Assembly: GCF_006345805.1 (NCBI RefSeq)
Contig: NC_043010.1
Location: forward strand, 46,128,001 to 46,192,000
Direction of reading: 5' to 3'
Source of the DNA: Octopus sinensis
Lineage: Eukaryota
Length of the DNA stretch: 64,000 bases
Within the stretch, counting starts at the first letter, position 1. Every line of letters starts with the position of its first letter. This document shows, piece after piece, positions 12,056 through 24,950 of the stretch. The position numbers were made by a program, and so were the translations under genes. The notes beneath the pieces were generated by a model that saw only the letters and a list, made by a program, of their open reading frames with translations, did no database searches and was not told the origin of the DNA.

Positions 12056-14594
12056 ATTTGCATTTATATATCTTTTATCTTTTACTTGTTTCAGTCATTC
12101 CACTGCAGCCATGCTGGAGCACTGCTCCATAGAATTTTGGTCAAATGAATCAATCCCAGTACTTATCTTTTTGAAGCCTGGTACTTATTCTATCGGTCTC
12201 TTTTGCCGAACTGCTATGTTACAGGAGCATAAATACACCAATATTGGCTAGCAAGCAATGGCAGGGTGGATGGGGGTAGGAGACAAACACAGACACGCAC
12301 ACATAAATATGTGTGTGTGTGTAACGGTAAATTGGGTAGAGCCAGTGGTCACCAGTTGTAACAGTAAATGTAATGATATTTGTTGGAGTCGGCAGTTACA
12401 AAATTGTAACAGGTATTGCGGTTACAGATGTACAAGATGAAAGAAGAAGAGTGATCGATATTGTAAACAAACATTTATTTACTGTTACTTTGTAAATAGC
12501 CAAAACCACGACAGGCTGGCATGATAAATTCATAAAGCATTCGAAGTAAAGATAGATATCAGTTTTTCCATGCATACTTTGTGTTTGTCATCATTGTAGA
12601 AGAGAAAGTGAGCTAGAGAAAGTTAGAGAGTCAGGGCAGTTGTATGTCTCATAGTGGCTGATTGTTTTCTGTCTCCCTCTGGCCAATTGTCTCAAGTGGT
12701 TGTCTTCCTGTGGCCCTCTCTAGTTGCCTCCATTCACCAACTGATTTTGGCTTATGGAGTTCTTGTATTTAAAACTATACAAAACTAGTTAGAAAAATGA
12801 ATATATCGCAGAGAACAATAGATTTTGTTGGGTGTGGACCTGTTATCTCAGTTCTAACTTCCATGGCTTTGAAGAGGTTAAGAGGGTCAAGTGGCAAAGA
12901 CATAAATCAGCTTAGCAAAGCCACATGTTAAATGTAACTGCTGTCACTATTGTTTTTTTCTGTGAGAAAAATGCTGTTGAAATATTATGGGAAATTTACT
13001 GATCAAGGTTTGAATATACTCTATGCCTCAATGAAGTTACTACATCATTCCCCTACCCCAGAGGGTTTCTAAGAAAAAGAAGTGAACGATACAGGAACAG
13101 AAAGAAACACATGGCTGAGGAAAAATTTCGCATATCAGGAGAGAAGATCAATGAAGTGTATCCAGGACATTTTTCTATTCAGATAAGTCCGAATAACGAT
13201 GTTACTTTGCATGCAAAAATGTGCAGTCAGTGACTGGTCTCTGGGAATGAGTTAGTGCATACTTGCATGTAAGGGCATATGCACAGGTGCAGGGGCACTT
13301 ATCAAAATTTACTGTAAAATAAACTTAGGTGAGCGAGTGAGTGTATTCTCAATTCATGATATCATAGATTCTCTAGCAGGATTGCATTGTGAAATTCCTT
13401 GAAGAGTTTTTCAGAAGAGAAATGTGTCCAGCACTGTTGTCATGGGTAATTGCTGAGGTTTGCAAGAAAGACAGTGCAGTATGCTGGAGTGATACATGAG
13501 ACAGGTAATTTTCCCCATTTATTATGTGACCAAACAGGGGTCTAACAGAGGGAAGTTATGTCTAAACATGAGCACAGAGTATGTGAACATCCGATGTGCA
13601 TCTAGTCGGGAAAAGAGCTGAGCTGGCACAGACGTGTTGAGAACAAGGCATTTGAGGCATAATAGAGGTGTGTGTGTGTATGCAAATGCATGCACAAGGC
13701 CAGGTGCCATGGAAAGGCACACATGTGTGCATAGCTAGCTGCAAAGCTGAGGTAGAATTCTAGAGCAGTGGTTGCAAATACAGTGTTGAATATACCAGTG
13801 ATTGAGGTATTAAATGCCTTGAAATGAGCAGGAGGAAAAGTGAGGCATGGTAGCATGTTGTAAAGGACAAACAACCATCTCTTTGTATATGTAACAGACG
13901 TGTAGTCTTACAGTGGCGAGTGGTGTCGACAAGGGCATAGAGAGGATGAGAAACAAGTGAGAAAAGCATGGTGAGGTGCATGAATGTGACAGTGTGTGGT
14001 GCAGCAAAAGTAACAAACAGTATAAAAATGAGTAAACAAATGTGATAAACTTAGTCGGAAATAGTGTCCTTTCTTAAAAGTCTATTGCTGAAAGTGAAAA
14101 AAAAAAGGTGTGCATGTAAAGAAAAAGAGGTTGTTGAAAGTCTATATGAGAGTCTTAAATTTGCAGAAAAGTTTGTAGATAATGCAATGTCTGTATATCA
14201 GGACAAGATGAAAAGTGTGAGTTGCTGAAAAGGTTGCATGTGCAGGCTTCCATATTTTCTTCCAGTTAGTTCTGGGCAGATGACTGTCTAATTGATGTGT
14301 TTACTGGCTTCAATGGTCAGTGAATTCTTTATATGTCGGCAGTGTTACATTGTAGTGAAGTGCATCACAGTGTGCATTGCAGCATAGAGCTTTCTGTAAC
14401 AAGTGGAGCAAGAGTTGTGGCTTGATGAAAGTGGAGTGCAATTGTGGAACTTGAATTGTAACTGTGGATCTTGATTGTCAATGGACGGCACAGAGTTAGA
14501 TTGAGGCTGCACATTAAGTCGATAAAGGTGCATATTTGTGCTGACGAATGCTATCATTCTTTTCATTTGGTATGATGATGATGATTTGGTTCAT

Positions 14595-14890
14595 TCCTTC
14601 TCAAGCCATGCCTGGCTCATAAGGGCTGGTTTCCTGGTTTCCTTGGCGTATAGGTTCCCCACTTGGATGGGACGCTGGTCCGTCACAGGTGAGCTGCAAG
14701 ATGCAGGAGGAAAGAGTGAGAGAAAGTTGTGGCGAAAGAGTCAGCAGAAGTTCGCCATTACCTTCTGCCGGAGCCACATGGAACTTAGGCGCTTCACTCA
14801 TAAACACACACATCGCCCGGTCTGAGATTCGAACACGCGATCCCTCGACCACGAGTCCACTGCTCTAACCACTAGGTCATGTGCCTCCAC
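14595..14890 (-). mobile_element. SINE family D1 (tRNA-Arg-like head), inserted in the LTR element
   Basis: Head gtggaggcacatgacctagtggttagagc...gttcgaatctc with A and B boxes; 15-bp TSD catttggtatgatga on both sides. Confidence 0.88.
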
Positions 14891-15109
14891 ATTTGGTATG
14901 ATGACTGCCGAAGCAAAGCAAAGGCTGCTGAAAAGAAGGTTGTATTTCTTTAGCTTGGGTCACCAAATGTATGTGACGACGTAATGGGACATGCAGTATC
15001 AGAAAGGCAGTAGTTCTTTTTAGACAGAGTCAGCAAAATGCAGCAGCAAATAGCATCAGAAGGAAGTCGTTCTTTCTAGATGGGGTGACCAGTTGTAACA
15101 GTGAATGTT

Positions 15110-15343
15110 ATAAGGCGGCAAGCTGACAGAAATATTAGCACCCTGGGCAAAATGCTTAGCGGTATTTTTTCTACAGCTACGTTCTGAGTTCAAATTTCAC
15201 TGAGGTCGACTTTGCCTTTCATCCTTTCGGATCGATTAAACAAGTACCAGTTATGCACTGGGGTTGATATAATCGTCTTAATCCCTTTGTCTGTCCTTGT
15301 TTGTCCCCTCTGTGTGTAGATCCTTGCGGGCACTAACGAAATA
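15110..15343 (+). mobile_element. SINE family B inserted at the end of the 5-prime LTR
   Basis: aaggcggcaagctg...gactttgcctttcatcctttcgg; duplicated target tgtaacagtgaatgt at 15094 and 15344. Confidence 0.9.
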
Positions 15344-16061
15344 TGTAACAGTGAATGTAATAATATATGTTGGAGTCGGCAGTTACCAATTGTAACGGGT
15401 ATTGCTGTTGCAGATGTGCAAGATGAAAGAAGAACAGTGATCAAGTTGTAAACAAGCATTTATTTACCATTACTTTGTATACAGCCAAAACCAGGAAGGA
15501 CTGGTATGATAAATTCATAAAGCATGCTAAGTAAAGATAAATATCGTAGATTTTCCATGTCTAGTTTGTGTTCTCGTCATTGTAGAAGAGAAAGTGAGCT
15601 AGTGAAAGTTCGGGAGTCAAGCAAAGTTGTATGTCTCATAGTGGCTGATTGTTTTCTGTCTCCCTCTGACCGTTTGTCTCAAGTGGCTGTCAGCCTGTAG
15701 CAATCTCTTGTTGCCTCCATTCACTGATTTTGGCTTAGGAGTTCTTGTATTTAAAACTATACAAAACTAGTTAGAAAAATAGATATATCGCAAAGAACAA
15801 TAGATTTTGTTGAGGGTCGACCTGTTATTTCAATTCTAACTTTTCATAGCTTAGAAGCGGTTAGGAGGGTCAAGTGGCAAAGACATGAATTGGGTTAGCA
15901 AAGTCACATGTTAAATGTAACTGCTGTCACTATTGTTTTTTCTGAGAAAAATGCTGTTATGGGAAATTTGGTGATTGAGGTTCGAATCTATTCTATACCT
16001 AAATGAAGTCACTCCATATATGTGTGTGGTGTGTGTATATATGTATATATATATATATATA

Positions 16062-16152
<91 letters not shown>

Positions 16153-16155
<3 letters not shown>

Positions 16156-16317
16156 AGTGGCTGTGTGGTAAGTAGCTTGCTAACCAACCACATGGTTCCG
16201 GGTTCAGTCCCACTGCGTGGCATCTTGGGCAAGTGTCTTCTGCTATAGCCCCGGCCGACCAATACCTTGTGAGTGGATTTGGTAGACGGAAACTGAAAGA
16301 AGCCTGTCGTATATATG

Positions 16318-16356
<39 letters not shown>

Positions 16357-17018
16357 ATTTGTGTGTCTGTGTTTGTTCTCCTAGCATTGCTTGACAACTG
16401 ATGCTGGTGTGTTTATGTCCTCGTCACTTAGCGGTTCGGCAAAAGAGACCGATAGAATAAGTACTGGGCTTACAAAGAATAAGTCCTGGGGTCTTATATA
16501 TATATATATATCGAATCGTGGCCGAAGCCAGTGCCGCCTCGACTGGCTTCCGTGCAGGTGGCACGTAAAATGCACCAATCCGACCGTGGCCGATGCCAGC
16601 CTCGCCTGGCACCAGGCAGGTGGTGCGTAATTAGCACCCACTACACTCACGGAGTGGTTGGCGTTAGGAAGGGCATCCAGCTGTAGAAACATTGCCAGAT
16701 AAGACCGGAGCCTGGTGCAGCCTTCTGTCTTCCCAGATCCCCGATCGAACCGTCCAACCCATGCTAGCATGGAGAACGGACGTTGAACGATGATGATGAT
16801 GATATATATATAAATATATATATATATACCTATACATACACATATATATATATATACATATTTATACATACATATATATATACATACATATGTACATATA
16901 CATACATATATACACATACATATATATACATACATTATATATATACACATACATACATATATACATACACACACACATACATATATATATACATACACAC
17001 ACATATATATATATACAT

Positions 17019-17054
<36 letters not shown>

Positions 17055-17200
17055 GTACGACGGGCTTCTTTCAGTTTCCGTCCATCAAATTCACACACAA
17101 GGCATTGGTCGGCTCGAGGCTATAGTAGAGGATACTTGCCCAAGCTTCCACGCAGTGAGACTGAACCCAGCACCATGTGGTTGGGAAGCAAGTTTCTTAC
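16153..17200. mobile_element. SINE cluster: family A (+, 16153-16500), family C (16510-16800), family A head (-, 17050-17200)
   Basis: Family-diagnostic sequences as in other copies. Confidence 0.85.
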
Positions 17201-17709
17201 ATCATTAAAATTTGTTACTGTTCGTTGACGTTTTCTGCTTTATACGAATGTATATACATAATCAAAACTATCTCCACACATACACACACGAACGTACGTG
17301 TATGTATGTATGTATGTATGTATGTATATGTGTGCGTGTGTGCATTAAACAAAATTACAAAAGAGAAATAACTCAGAATGGCCAGTGGCACATTATACGA
17401 AAATATAGTTACAGGTATATCAAATACCATACAACATAGATTCTTGATTTATTAAAATTATCTCCACCTCTAGAGGACGTGTTTACAAATGACATTACAT
17501 GGACGTGTATACACACACGAATATGTGTGTGCATTTATGTTTACATATTAGATATGAGGAACTCAGTAGCGATGGAAAGAAGTCTGCTTCTTAATAAACA
17601 TGTACTGAGTGCCTTTGTACCCGTTTAGAAATTTAACCGCGCTCACCCACACACACATACACCTACGTGTGAGTGAGTTTAATGAAAAATTTGTGTGTGT
17701 GAAGCATAC

Positions 17710-17820
17710 AAAAATCCCGCCAGCATCAGCTTTGCTTTCGGGGTCGAAGTAATCCTGAAATTTGAGGTCTTGTGCGTGCACTTGTGTACGCCCGTCCGTC
17801 GCGTATTTGTATATCATCAT
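17710..17820 (-). CDS. Candidate first coding exon of an unidentified minus-strand gene (MMIYKYATDGRTQVHAQDLKFQDYFDPESKADAGGIF)
   Basis: 37 open codons of non-repetitive composition, ATG after a long CT-rich leader, phase-0 donor TTT|gtatgc; no family recognised. Confidence 0.4.
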
Positions 17821-19581
17821 GAAAGAAAGAAAAAAAAGTACTTAGAAAACAAAGCCATACAAAAGAGTATTTGAAGAGGTTGCCCTGGCTAATTTATAAA
17901 AGAATGAGAAATAGAAACAACTTGAGAGAATCTTCGTAAAAGCTATAGAAATATTTATAAGATTGATAAATGAATAGAGAGAGATAAATGTCTAGACGGC
18001 AGTAATTATAGAAGGAAAACTCGCGCAGAGACAAAGAGTTATGATAGATGAACGAATTTGGAAGGTGTTATCGGAAAGAACAATAAGAGAATAAGTTTGA
18101 TAGACAGAAGAAAGGAAAGCTTTGGTGATGAATAATGTGATGAGAAATGGGAGAAATAATGTGAGAGGGGAATAAACGAAAGAAAAGTGGATGAAAGAGA
18201 ACAAAGATTATGAGGAAAGTGAGAGAAAGAAAGTATGAGAAAAGAGGGGACAGTGTTTGTATGATTGGAAATCGGATAAGATTTGATAAGAATAAGACGT
18301 AAATAGCGAGAAGAAAAGAGGCTCAGATGTCAGACTAGACTTAGTGAGAAAAAAAAATAGAGAGGATGGGGAAAAGAAAAAAGCAGACTTGTTAAAAAAT
18401 AAGGGTAAACAAGGTAAAAGGAAGAAAAAAGATGACAGAAGAGACAGATAGAGAGAAAAAAATAATACGCACGCGCGTGCGTACACACACACATATAATT
18501 AGTAGTCATGAAGCTTAGAGGTGACTCAAAGACCTAGAGTTTCGTATCAAAGCATACACACAAACATAACTTTGTATACGAAAGAGAGAGAGAGGCAAAA
18601 GGAGTGAAAGAAGAAGTGTTTGTCAAAAACATAAACAGCGAGAGAAACAAAAAAAAGAAACAGAGTGAGGGTAAAAGAGAGGGAGAGCGAGAGAGAGAGA
18701 GAGAGAGATAAACAGAATGAATGCAAAAGTGAAAGAATCAAGAAAGTGAATGAAAGATAGAGATAAGAGAGGAAGAGACGATACGATGTGTGTGTAATGT
18801 ATATAATAAAACAGACGGCTCGAGAGGGGAGGAAGTCGCTTATGAAGGAGACAAATAAAGTAGTTCAATTGTCAACGTTGAGTGATGATAACTCCAAACC
18901 CGCTAACACCGAGCTGTTGAAATTCTGCTCGGTTTGAACTTATTTCCACGACTGGCTGGTAAAATTTTGGTCGTTGCCGTCACCCCATCTTCGACAAGTG
19001 GCATTCTCTCAAGACACCTATCATCCACAGTTACTATATGCTATATTGCAACATATACGCATACATAATAAGCATGTCCATGATTTTGGGAAGGAAGGAT
19101 GTAAGCTTGTGACTTTCGTTGGTGTCATTCCAGTGGTTTGTTTCACCGGGATTTCTGTTCTGACGTTTTACATAGGAAACCAATTCGACATATATTACAA
19201 TTATTGATGTTATTTTATGCGTGTAAACCAACAAAACTACCCACGTAACCATCAGTGTTCTCTCGGATATGTTGTGACACTACCACGAAACTAGCTGCAG
19301 GTTATTTTTACCATTGTTTTTCGATTCTAACCAAGTATTAATTAATAATTGGGTACGTGTGTGTGTGTACGTATATTTTTTGCTCTTCATTCGGAAAAAA
19401 AAAAAAAATAAAATACGAAGCGCTTTTGAGAAATCAACAACAAAATCTTAAAAAAAAAAGAAAAGAAAAAGCAAAACCGACAGTCACCAAGTTCGGAAAA
19501 ATTTAGGCGAGGTTTTAATTTTACCATTCTTGTTTTATTTTACCTGGCTTTCTGATGAAGTTACCCCCAAATACCTGAAGG

Positions 19582-19615
19582 ATGGGTAACACATCTTCGA
19601 GCCAAAACAACAAAG
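19582..19615 (+). CDS. Candidate first coding exon MGNTSSSQNNK of an unidentified, probably N-myristoylated protein
   Basis: ATG GGT AAC ACA TCT TCG fits MGxxxS; strong donor AAG|gtaggt; phase 1. Confidence 0.55.
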
Positions 19616-19970
19616 GTAGGTGAACTCTTTTTCTTTTTGTTTTTATTGCCACCCATTTCCACAATGTTTACAGGTCTGATAAAGAATCAAATGCCTTATT
19701 TTCAAAATTATATGTTTACTATATTCTGTGTATTCACAAGCAACAACACACGCATGTCGATAAATACTCAAAATTGTTAAGTGTACGTGTTTTTCATGAA
19801 CACATGTAGTTTCACATGTATGCCTTTTAAAACACATGTACATTTGCTTAAATTCGTGTATGTTCACATACAATGCAACACATTAATGTATGTCTATAAT
19901 TCATTTATTACACATGAACACACATTATATAGGGGTACATACACATCATGCGTGTGTAATATATAATATG

Positions 19971-20029
<59 letters not shown>

Positions 20030-20275
20030 CATACACACACGCACCTTGTATGTATATGTGCATATACATACACTGTATATGCATATATACACGTATACTT
20101 GTGTGTGTATATTCATATATACAAGTACATGTGTGTATACATACGTATGTACGCTTGTATGCGCGCGCGCATATTGTGTATGTGTCTGTCTCTGTGTGTG
20201 CGTGTATGCCTGTCTCTGTCTGTGTGTGTGTGTCGACGAAACAGGCGAAGGTATCCAAAATTTCTGTTTGTTTAG

Positions 20276-20331
20276 ATCTTACCAGTTACAAGACGTGGAG
20301 GGGTAGATTTGGCGCCGTTGTTCTCAAATAG
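20276..20331 (+). CDS. Candidate small exon (D)LTSYKTWRGRFGAVVLK*, or 27-nt exon to a donor at 20302
   Basis: Acceptor tttctgtttgtttag; in frame with the phase-1 exon at 19582. Confidence 0.25.
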
Positions 20332-21171
20332 TTTTCATCAGAGATGGTGACTAAGGAAGTGATCTGAAAGCGACTTTTTTTTTTAATTCGTTTGTTTTCT
20401 TTGACCGTATTTTTTTTAGATAAATAGTACTTCAAACGTGTATCGAGTATTCTTTTCATTTCATTTGGTTTGAATGTCTACTTTACAGAATTTAAAAAAA
20501 AATGAAAAAAAAAAATAATAATAAACGAATAAATTTTTATGGCATTCCTGACCGAGAAGTGACAGACTTATTTTAATCGAGGGAAAAAAATTATAAAAAA
20601 CAAAGTTAAGGTTTGAAATATAATTTATTAAAAGTAACATTTAATCTGTAAATGAACATTTTTTTTTTCCTTCCGGGTTTATTTACTTAGAATTTCTGTC
20701 CCCCTCCTTACTTTTCCTTCAAGAAATAATCAAAGAAATTCAATAAAGGACTGGGATTGATTTCATCCTTAAGCCTGTTAACAGTTTGGAAATGGGGCAG
20801 ACAAAACTCCTGTCTTATTTCCCCACCCCCGTCCCCGTAATGTGCGTGTGTATATGTATATGTGCGTGTATATATGTGTGTGTATCGTACCTTTATTTTT
20901 CTATATTGTTAACGCATTACAGTTTTCGTTGATGTAAAAAGGATAATTTTCCTAATCATCAAGTAGTTTAGAGTAAAGCTATTTCTGCGCCGACCGTTTT
21001 TTTAAATTATTTATTCCTTTTTTTTTTTTTTCACTTCCGAAAGTTGCCCGAATGATTTAGCGATCGTTTGGTATCGCCAGTTCCATCCAAGCATATTTTA
21101 TCTTATTGTGTATGTGAGAGAAAGAGATCTTAGTTTCCATTGTTCCTGCTAATTTGTGCAAACCAATTAAG

Positions 21172-21232
<61 letters not shown>

Positions 21233-21773
21233 TTTTTCTGCTTTAATAATTATATTTTTCTTTAAAAACAAAAACAAACAAAAGACAAAACAAAAAAAGC
21301 GGACTAGTCATAAATATTGTCTTTGGGACATTACTTCCATGTCAACAATGATTTAATGTTTGTATACAGATTCAATTCAAAAGACTTCTGCAGATGTGTA
21401 GCTATGCTGCTGCTTATCGTGCACACCCATGACTAGACAAGACATTATATGGAATTGTGTACAATCATAATATACTATACTCATTATAAATGCTATATTT
21501 GCTTATGTGCACTTATATCTTTTTTCAATACGGACACGAAATGCATCATCGCATCTCGTTATATGCACTTTATGTATATTTACGTATCTGACATACACAG
21601 ACAAGTATCTCGCACACTTTTGTGCGCCTAAGTATTCCCATGCTTTATTTATCATAGACACACATGGTTGTTACACATTTTCGCAAGTTCTCAGTCACTC
21701 GTTCGTCAATGCAGACACGTTTAAACTAATAATAACATCTAACGCCAAAGCTGCAGATCGCCTCCGATTGAAC

Positions 21774-22260
21774 CAGTGGTTCTCAACCAAGGGCCACATG
21801 AACCCATGGAGATTTTTGGGGTGTCCACGCGAGCAAAATAGTAAATTGGATCCACAGTAGTATTTTGAAGGTGCAGAGATAAAGAATACGCACACCACCC
21901 GTTTTCGGCGTAACAAAAACCCTAACCCTCAACACCGGGTGTGCATATTCTTAACCTTCGCCTTTTAAGGGGATCTGAAAAAACCCCCAAAAAAACAACT
22001 TTGCTTTAGATGTATTTCTTGCCAGGAACAGCTAGGTTTCTTTCAACATGTTTCCAACAACTGAAACGCTCTCTTAAAGAGCACTGTTGCAAACCCACAC
22101 AAGTGATTGGGTGGGGTGGGGTGCAGGGACAAAGAAATTTTGAAAGGAGTATCTATAGAATTAGTTTTTGAAAATCGAATGGATAAGAGGGGGTCCACCA
22201 GAATAAAATAGTAATCAAAGGGGTTCATAGATAAGAAAAAAAAATGGTTGAGAACTATTG
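21774..22260. mobile_element. hAT-family MITE
   Basis: TIR cagtggttctcaacc...ggttgagaactattg; exact 8-bp TSD gattgaac on both sides. Confidence 0.92.
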
Positions 22261-22894
22261 GATTGAACAGACCTATGATCAAAGATATTCTGGTTGTAAC
22301 CATAGCAAGAGTTTTCTATATATATTGAATTGTTTCTCTGTAATAGGCCTCTGTCCTGTCCGTCGGAGTTGGCTTTATGTTTACACAGCGCCGTATTAGA
22401 AGCATTAGAGCCCTTTCCCCACGGACATCAGTGCACTATAGTGTTTATTCCTTAACAAGCTACGACAGACATCGACTAGATTTGGGCCCTTAGATTCGTA
22501 AGGACCCTTGACAACTACCCAGTGTCCCCATGCCTTAAGACAACACAGTCTACACCTTGAAAGTTCTCCTCTAGGGCGAAGTTTTTATTTGTTGTCTATT
22601 GAGTAAGCCTCTTCCTCTCCATGCTACCGACTGTATCAGCCCTTGGAAAAAGTATCGTCATAGGCGAAATCAGTCTGTAAAGAGCTGGAAAACACCACTG
22701 CAAAGCATTTTGTCCAACTCTCAAAATCCGTTGCCCTCGATCTGGACGGTTACCAGACAAAGTTGACTGCAACAGGATTTGGAACGATACGTTAAGACCT
22801 ATATAAAAACTGCAAGGTTTTAACGATTCTGCTAATCAAATGTCTATCTTGGTTTACATTATTCAATATGTTTCATTGTTAGAAGACATTCTAT

Positions 22895-23870
22895 TACGCA
22901 TAGTAACATACATACCTTGCCAACTTATTCCTCATTTGTCAGAAATGAATGAACCTTTAAAAGAGAACAAGACCATTCCAATAGGCTCGATAATGTAATG
23001 ATAATAATAAGGGGTTGACAGTATTAGACTGATTGTAAGTATCTCACAAGTTTTGGACTAGTTTGATGTAACTAAGCCTGTACGTATATCAGTGGATGCA
23101 AGCAAAATCACAAGTGTTGCTCTTCTACAATGGCAGAACATTCAAAAGCATACGTATCCATGGCATTGCTTCCTACTAAACAAAAATGATCTCAAATGGA
23201 AAAAGATCTAATAGTTGCAGTTTTTGATGCTGATCATTTGTGAAAGTGTTAAGCACCGAAAGTGTGCGTATGGTACGATATTCCAAATGGAGATATATCA
23301 TAAAAAACTTTAAGTATTCTGAGCAAATTTCTTTACAAAGTTCATCTTAAGATTGCATAAAATGATGAATAAACTGGGGAATGATATACATGTTTTACAT
23401 AGCTAAACTATTTAAAACTAAAGAAATTTGAAAATTGCGAATTCACATTAGTCATACCACTCGCGAACGGCTTCTCACTCGTGAGGAAGGCAATGTAAGT
23501 CGTGAAATATTGTTTACCAATGTTTCAGATGAGTGATGCAAAGATTACTGAACTGGAAGCTGAAATTGTTAATGATAGCCAACGCATGAATTTGTACAAG
23601 CTCTGAAACAGAACTGGTCCGCAAACTGCTATTTGCAGACGTTATTACGAGTTTCTGGAAATGCAATGGTGAATAATTTCGTGTCCAAGGGGTATTATTT
23701 AAAGGGCAGTTACTGTTCCACGCCTAGTGAGACAACAAATAAATTTTAGATCGACTGCTGTACCTAAAGAATACAAAAGAATTACTGTATTGGCCCGACA
23801 TCCTTGAACTGGTTGATAAATGTATGACTGTAGAACTAAAGAATACAGCAGAAGGAGACCCTTGAAAATG
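22895..23870 (+). mobile_element. Decayed Ty3/gypsy (Mag-like) pol fragment: RT end, RNase H, start of integrase region
   Basis: TYLANLIPHLSEMNEPL..FDVTKPVRISVDAS..AYVSMAL..SQMEKDL pattern with many stops and frameshifts. Confidence 0.75.
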
Positions 23871-23905
23871 GAAAAGTTGCTATGATCAATTGTTAAAACA
23901 AATTT

Positions 23906-24950
23906 TGTTTCAGCGCGAGAACTTACTTTCTCCTCGTCCTTGTGGACATAAAGTTAACCACTAGATACAAAAGTGTAGGAATACGACCGTATATGAGGAG
24001 GTTGGTGACATAGGTCTCCTTTTGTAAGCCACATGGTCGTATCCCTAACAAAATAAGATAAGCCATAATACAATTTATACAATACAGTGCCAACAGAATA
24101 TAAGTGAGTGAGGACAAGCCGTTCCGGTGTTTGAGAGAAGATAAGATTTTATTAATAATGTGTTAAAGTGATAATGTTAAAATGTGCTAGCAAGTGTTGT
24201 GTATGTGTGTGACAGATACAAATAAGGTGAATGCGTATGACACAGAAATACAGAGCATAAAAGTCTCAGCATAGAGTTAAAGATGGAATTTAGATTACCA
24301 GTTCATAAGGTACACGATATGCAAGAGTTCTATAACAAGATGTTGTGGACACGAGGCAGAGGCCGGTTGGGGCTTCAATGCCGTGCCGAGTCTCTTTATA
24401 CAGAATTTCTTCTTTGGAAGGACTGTTATACGTGGTGAAAGGATTCACTCTAACAGCGTTAGTAAAACTGGTCGTGTTGGTGAGTACCTGTCTGAAGTTG
24501 GTACAATGATGGTGACGACGGCGGCGGAGATAAACGTTTTGTTGCGGCTGTACATTAGCGTTGTCGTAGCTGAAACAGGAGCATGGCTGGTCGTCTGTCG
24601 TTGGAACTGGAACATGTTGAGTAGCTCTGTGGTCAGTAACTAGACCTAAAAAGGTCTGAAGTCGAAAAACCTAGTATACTGAGAGCAATCCGTTATATAA
24701 AGGAGAGATGGCTCAACAGAGCCTAGGAAAAAGGGTGTCGCGAGACCTTAACCAAAGGCTGTGATTGGTTGGCTTTGGACAGTGGCGCGAAATAAGTAGA
24801 GACAAACCGCGCCACAAGTCAACCAATCAGATCAGTGGACACAACAGGAACAACCCAGCCGAAGATGGCTGTAATCTCAAACGAGATCATTCCTGCTGTG
24901 TCTCTCAAACAGCGAGGATATCAGATACCGCTACAAAAGCTAACCTGTCA
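23906..24950 (-). mobile_element. Putative solo LTR
   Basis: TG...AACA ends on the minus strand, with CCAAT (about 24765), TATA (about 24697) and AATAAA (about 24150) in LTR order; no TSD found. Confidence 0.4.

Larger units (their letters stand above)
12357..16016 (-). mobile_element. Internally deleted Ty3/gypsy LTR retrotransposon, probably CsRn1 clade
   Basis: Direct-repeat LTRs 12357-13044 and 15094-16016, both TG...CA and roughly 80-85% similar by eye; polypurine tract ggggtaggggaatga at 13045-13059; PBS-like TGGTCACCCC next to the 5-prime LTR (tRNA-Trp PBS is TGGTGACCCC); decayed gag/protease-like text (TRLLHIQRDGCLSF, CAFPWHL); most of RT, RNase H and integrase are missing. Confidence 0.85.

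Noticed and set aside
14810-14890. tRNA gene
   Set aside because: The tRNA-like head continues into a SINE body with a TSD; no acceptor stem closure
18880-18950. C/D snoRNA (TGATGA plus ccgagc/gctcgg hairpin)
   Set aside because: No D box (CTGA) or terminal stem at a suitable distance
19582-19615. AMPK beta subunit assignment from MGNTSS
   Set aside because: Only the generic myristoylation motif matches; no glycogen-binding or other AMPK beta exon was found
21935-21950. Interstitial telomere
   Set aside because: Fewer than two CCCTAA units, inside a small hairpin element
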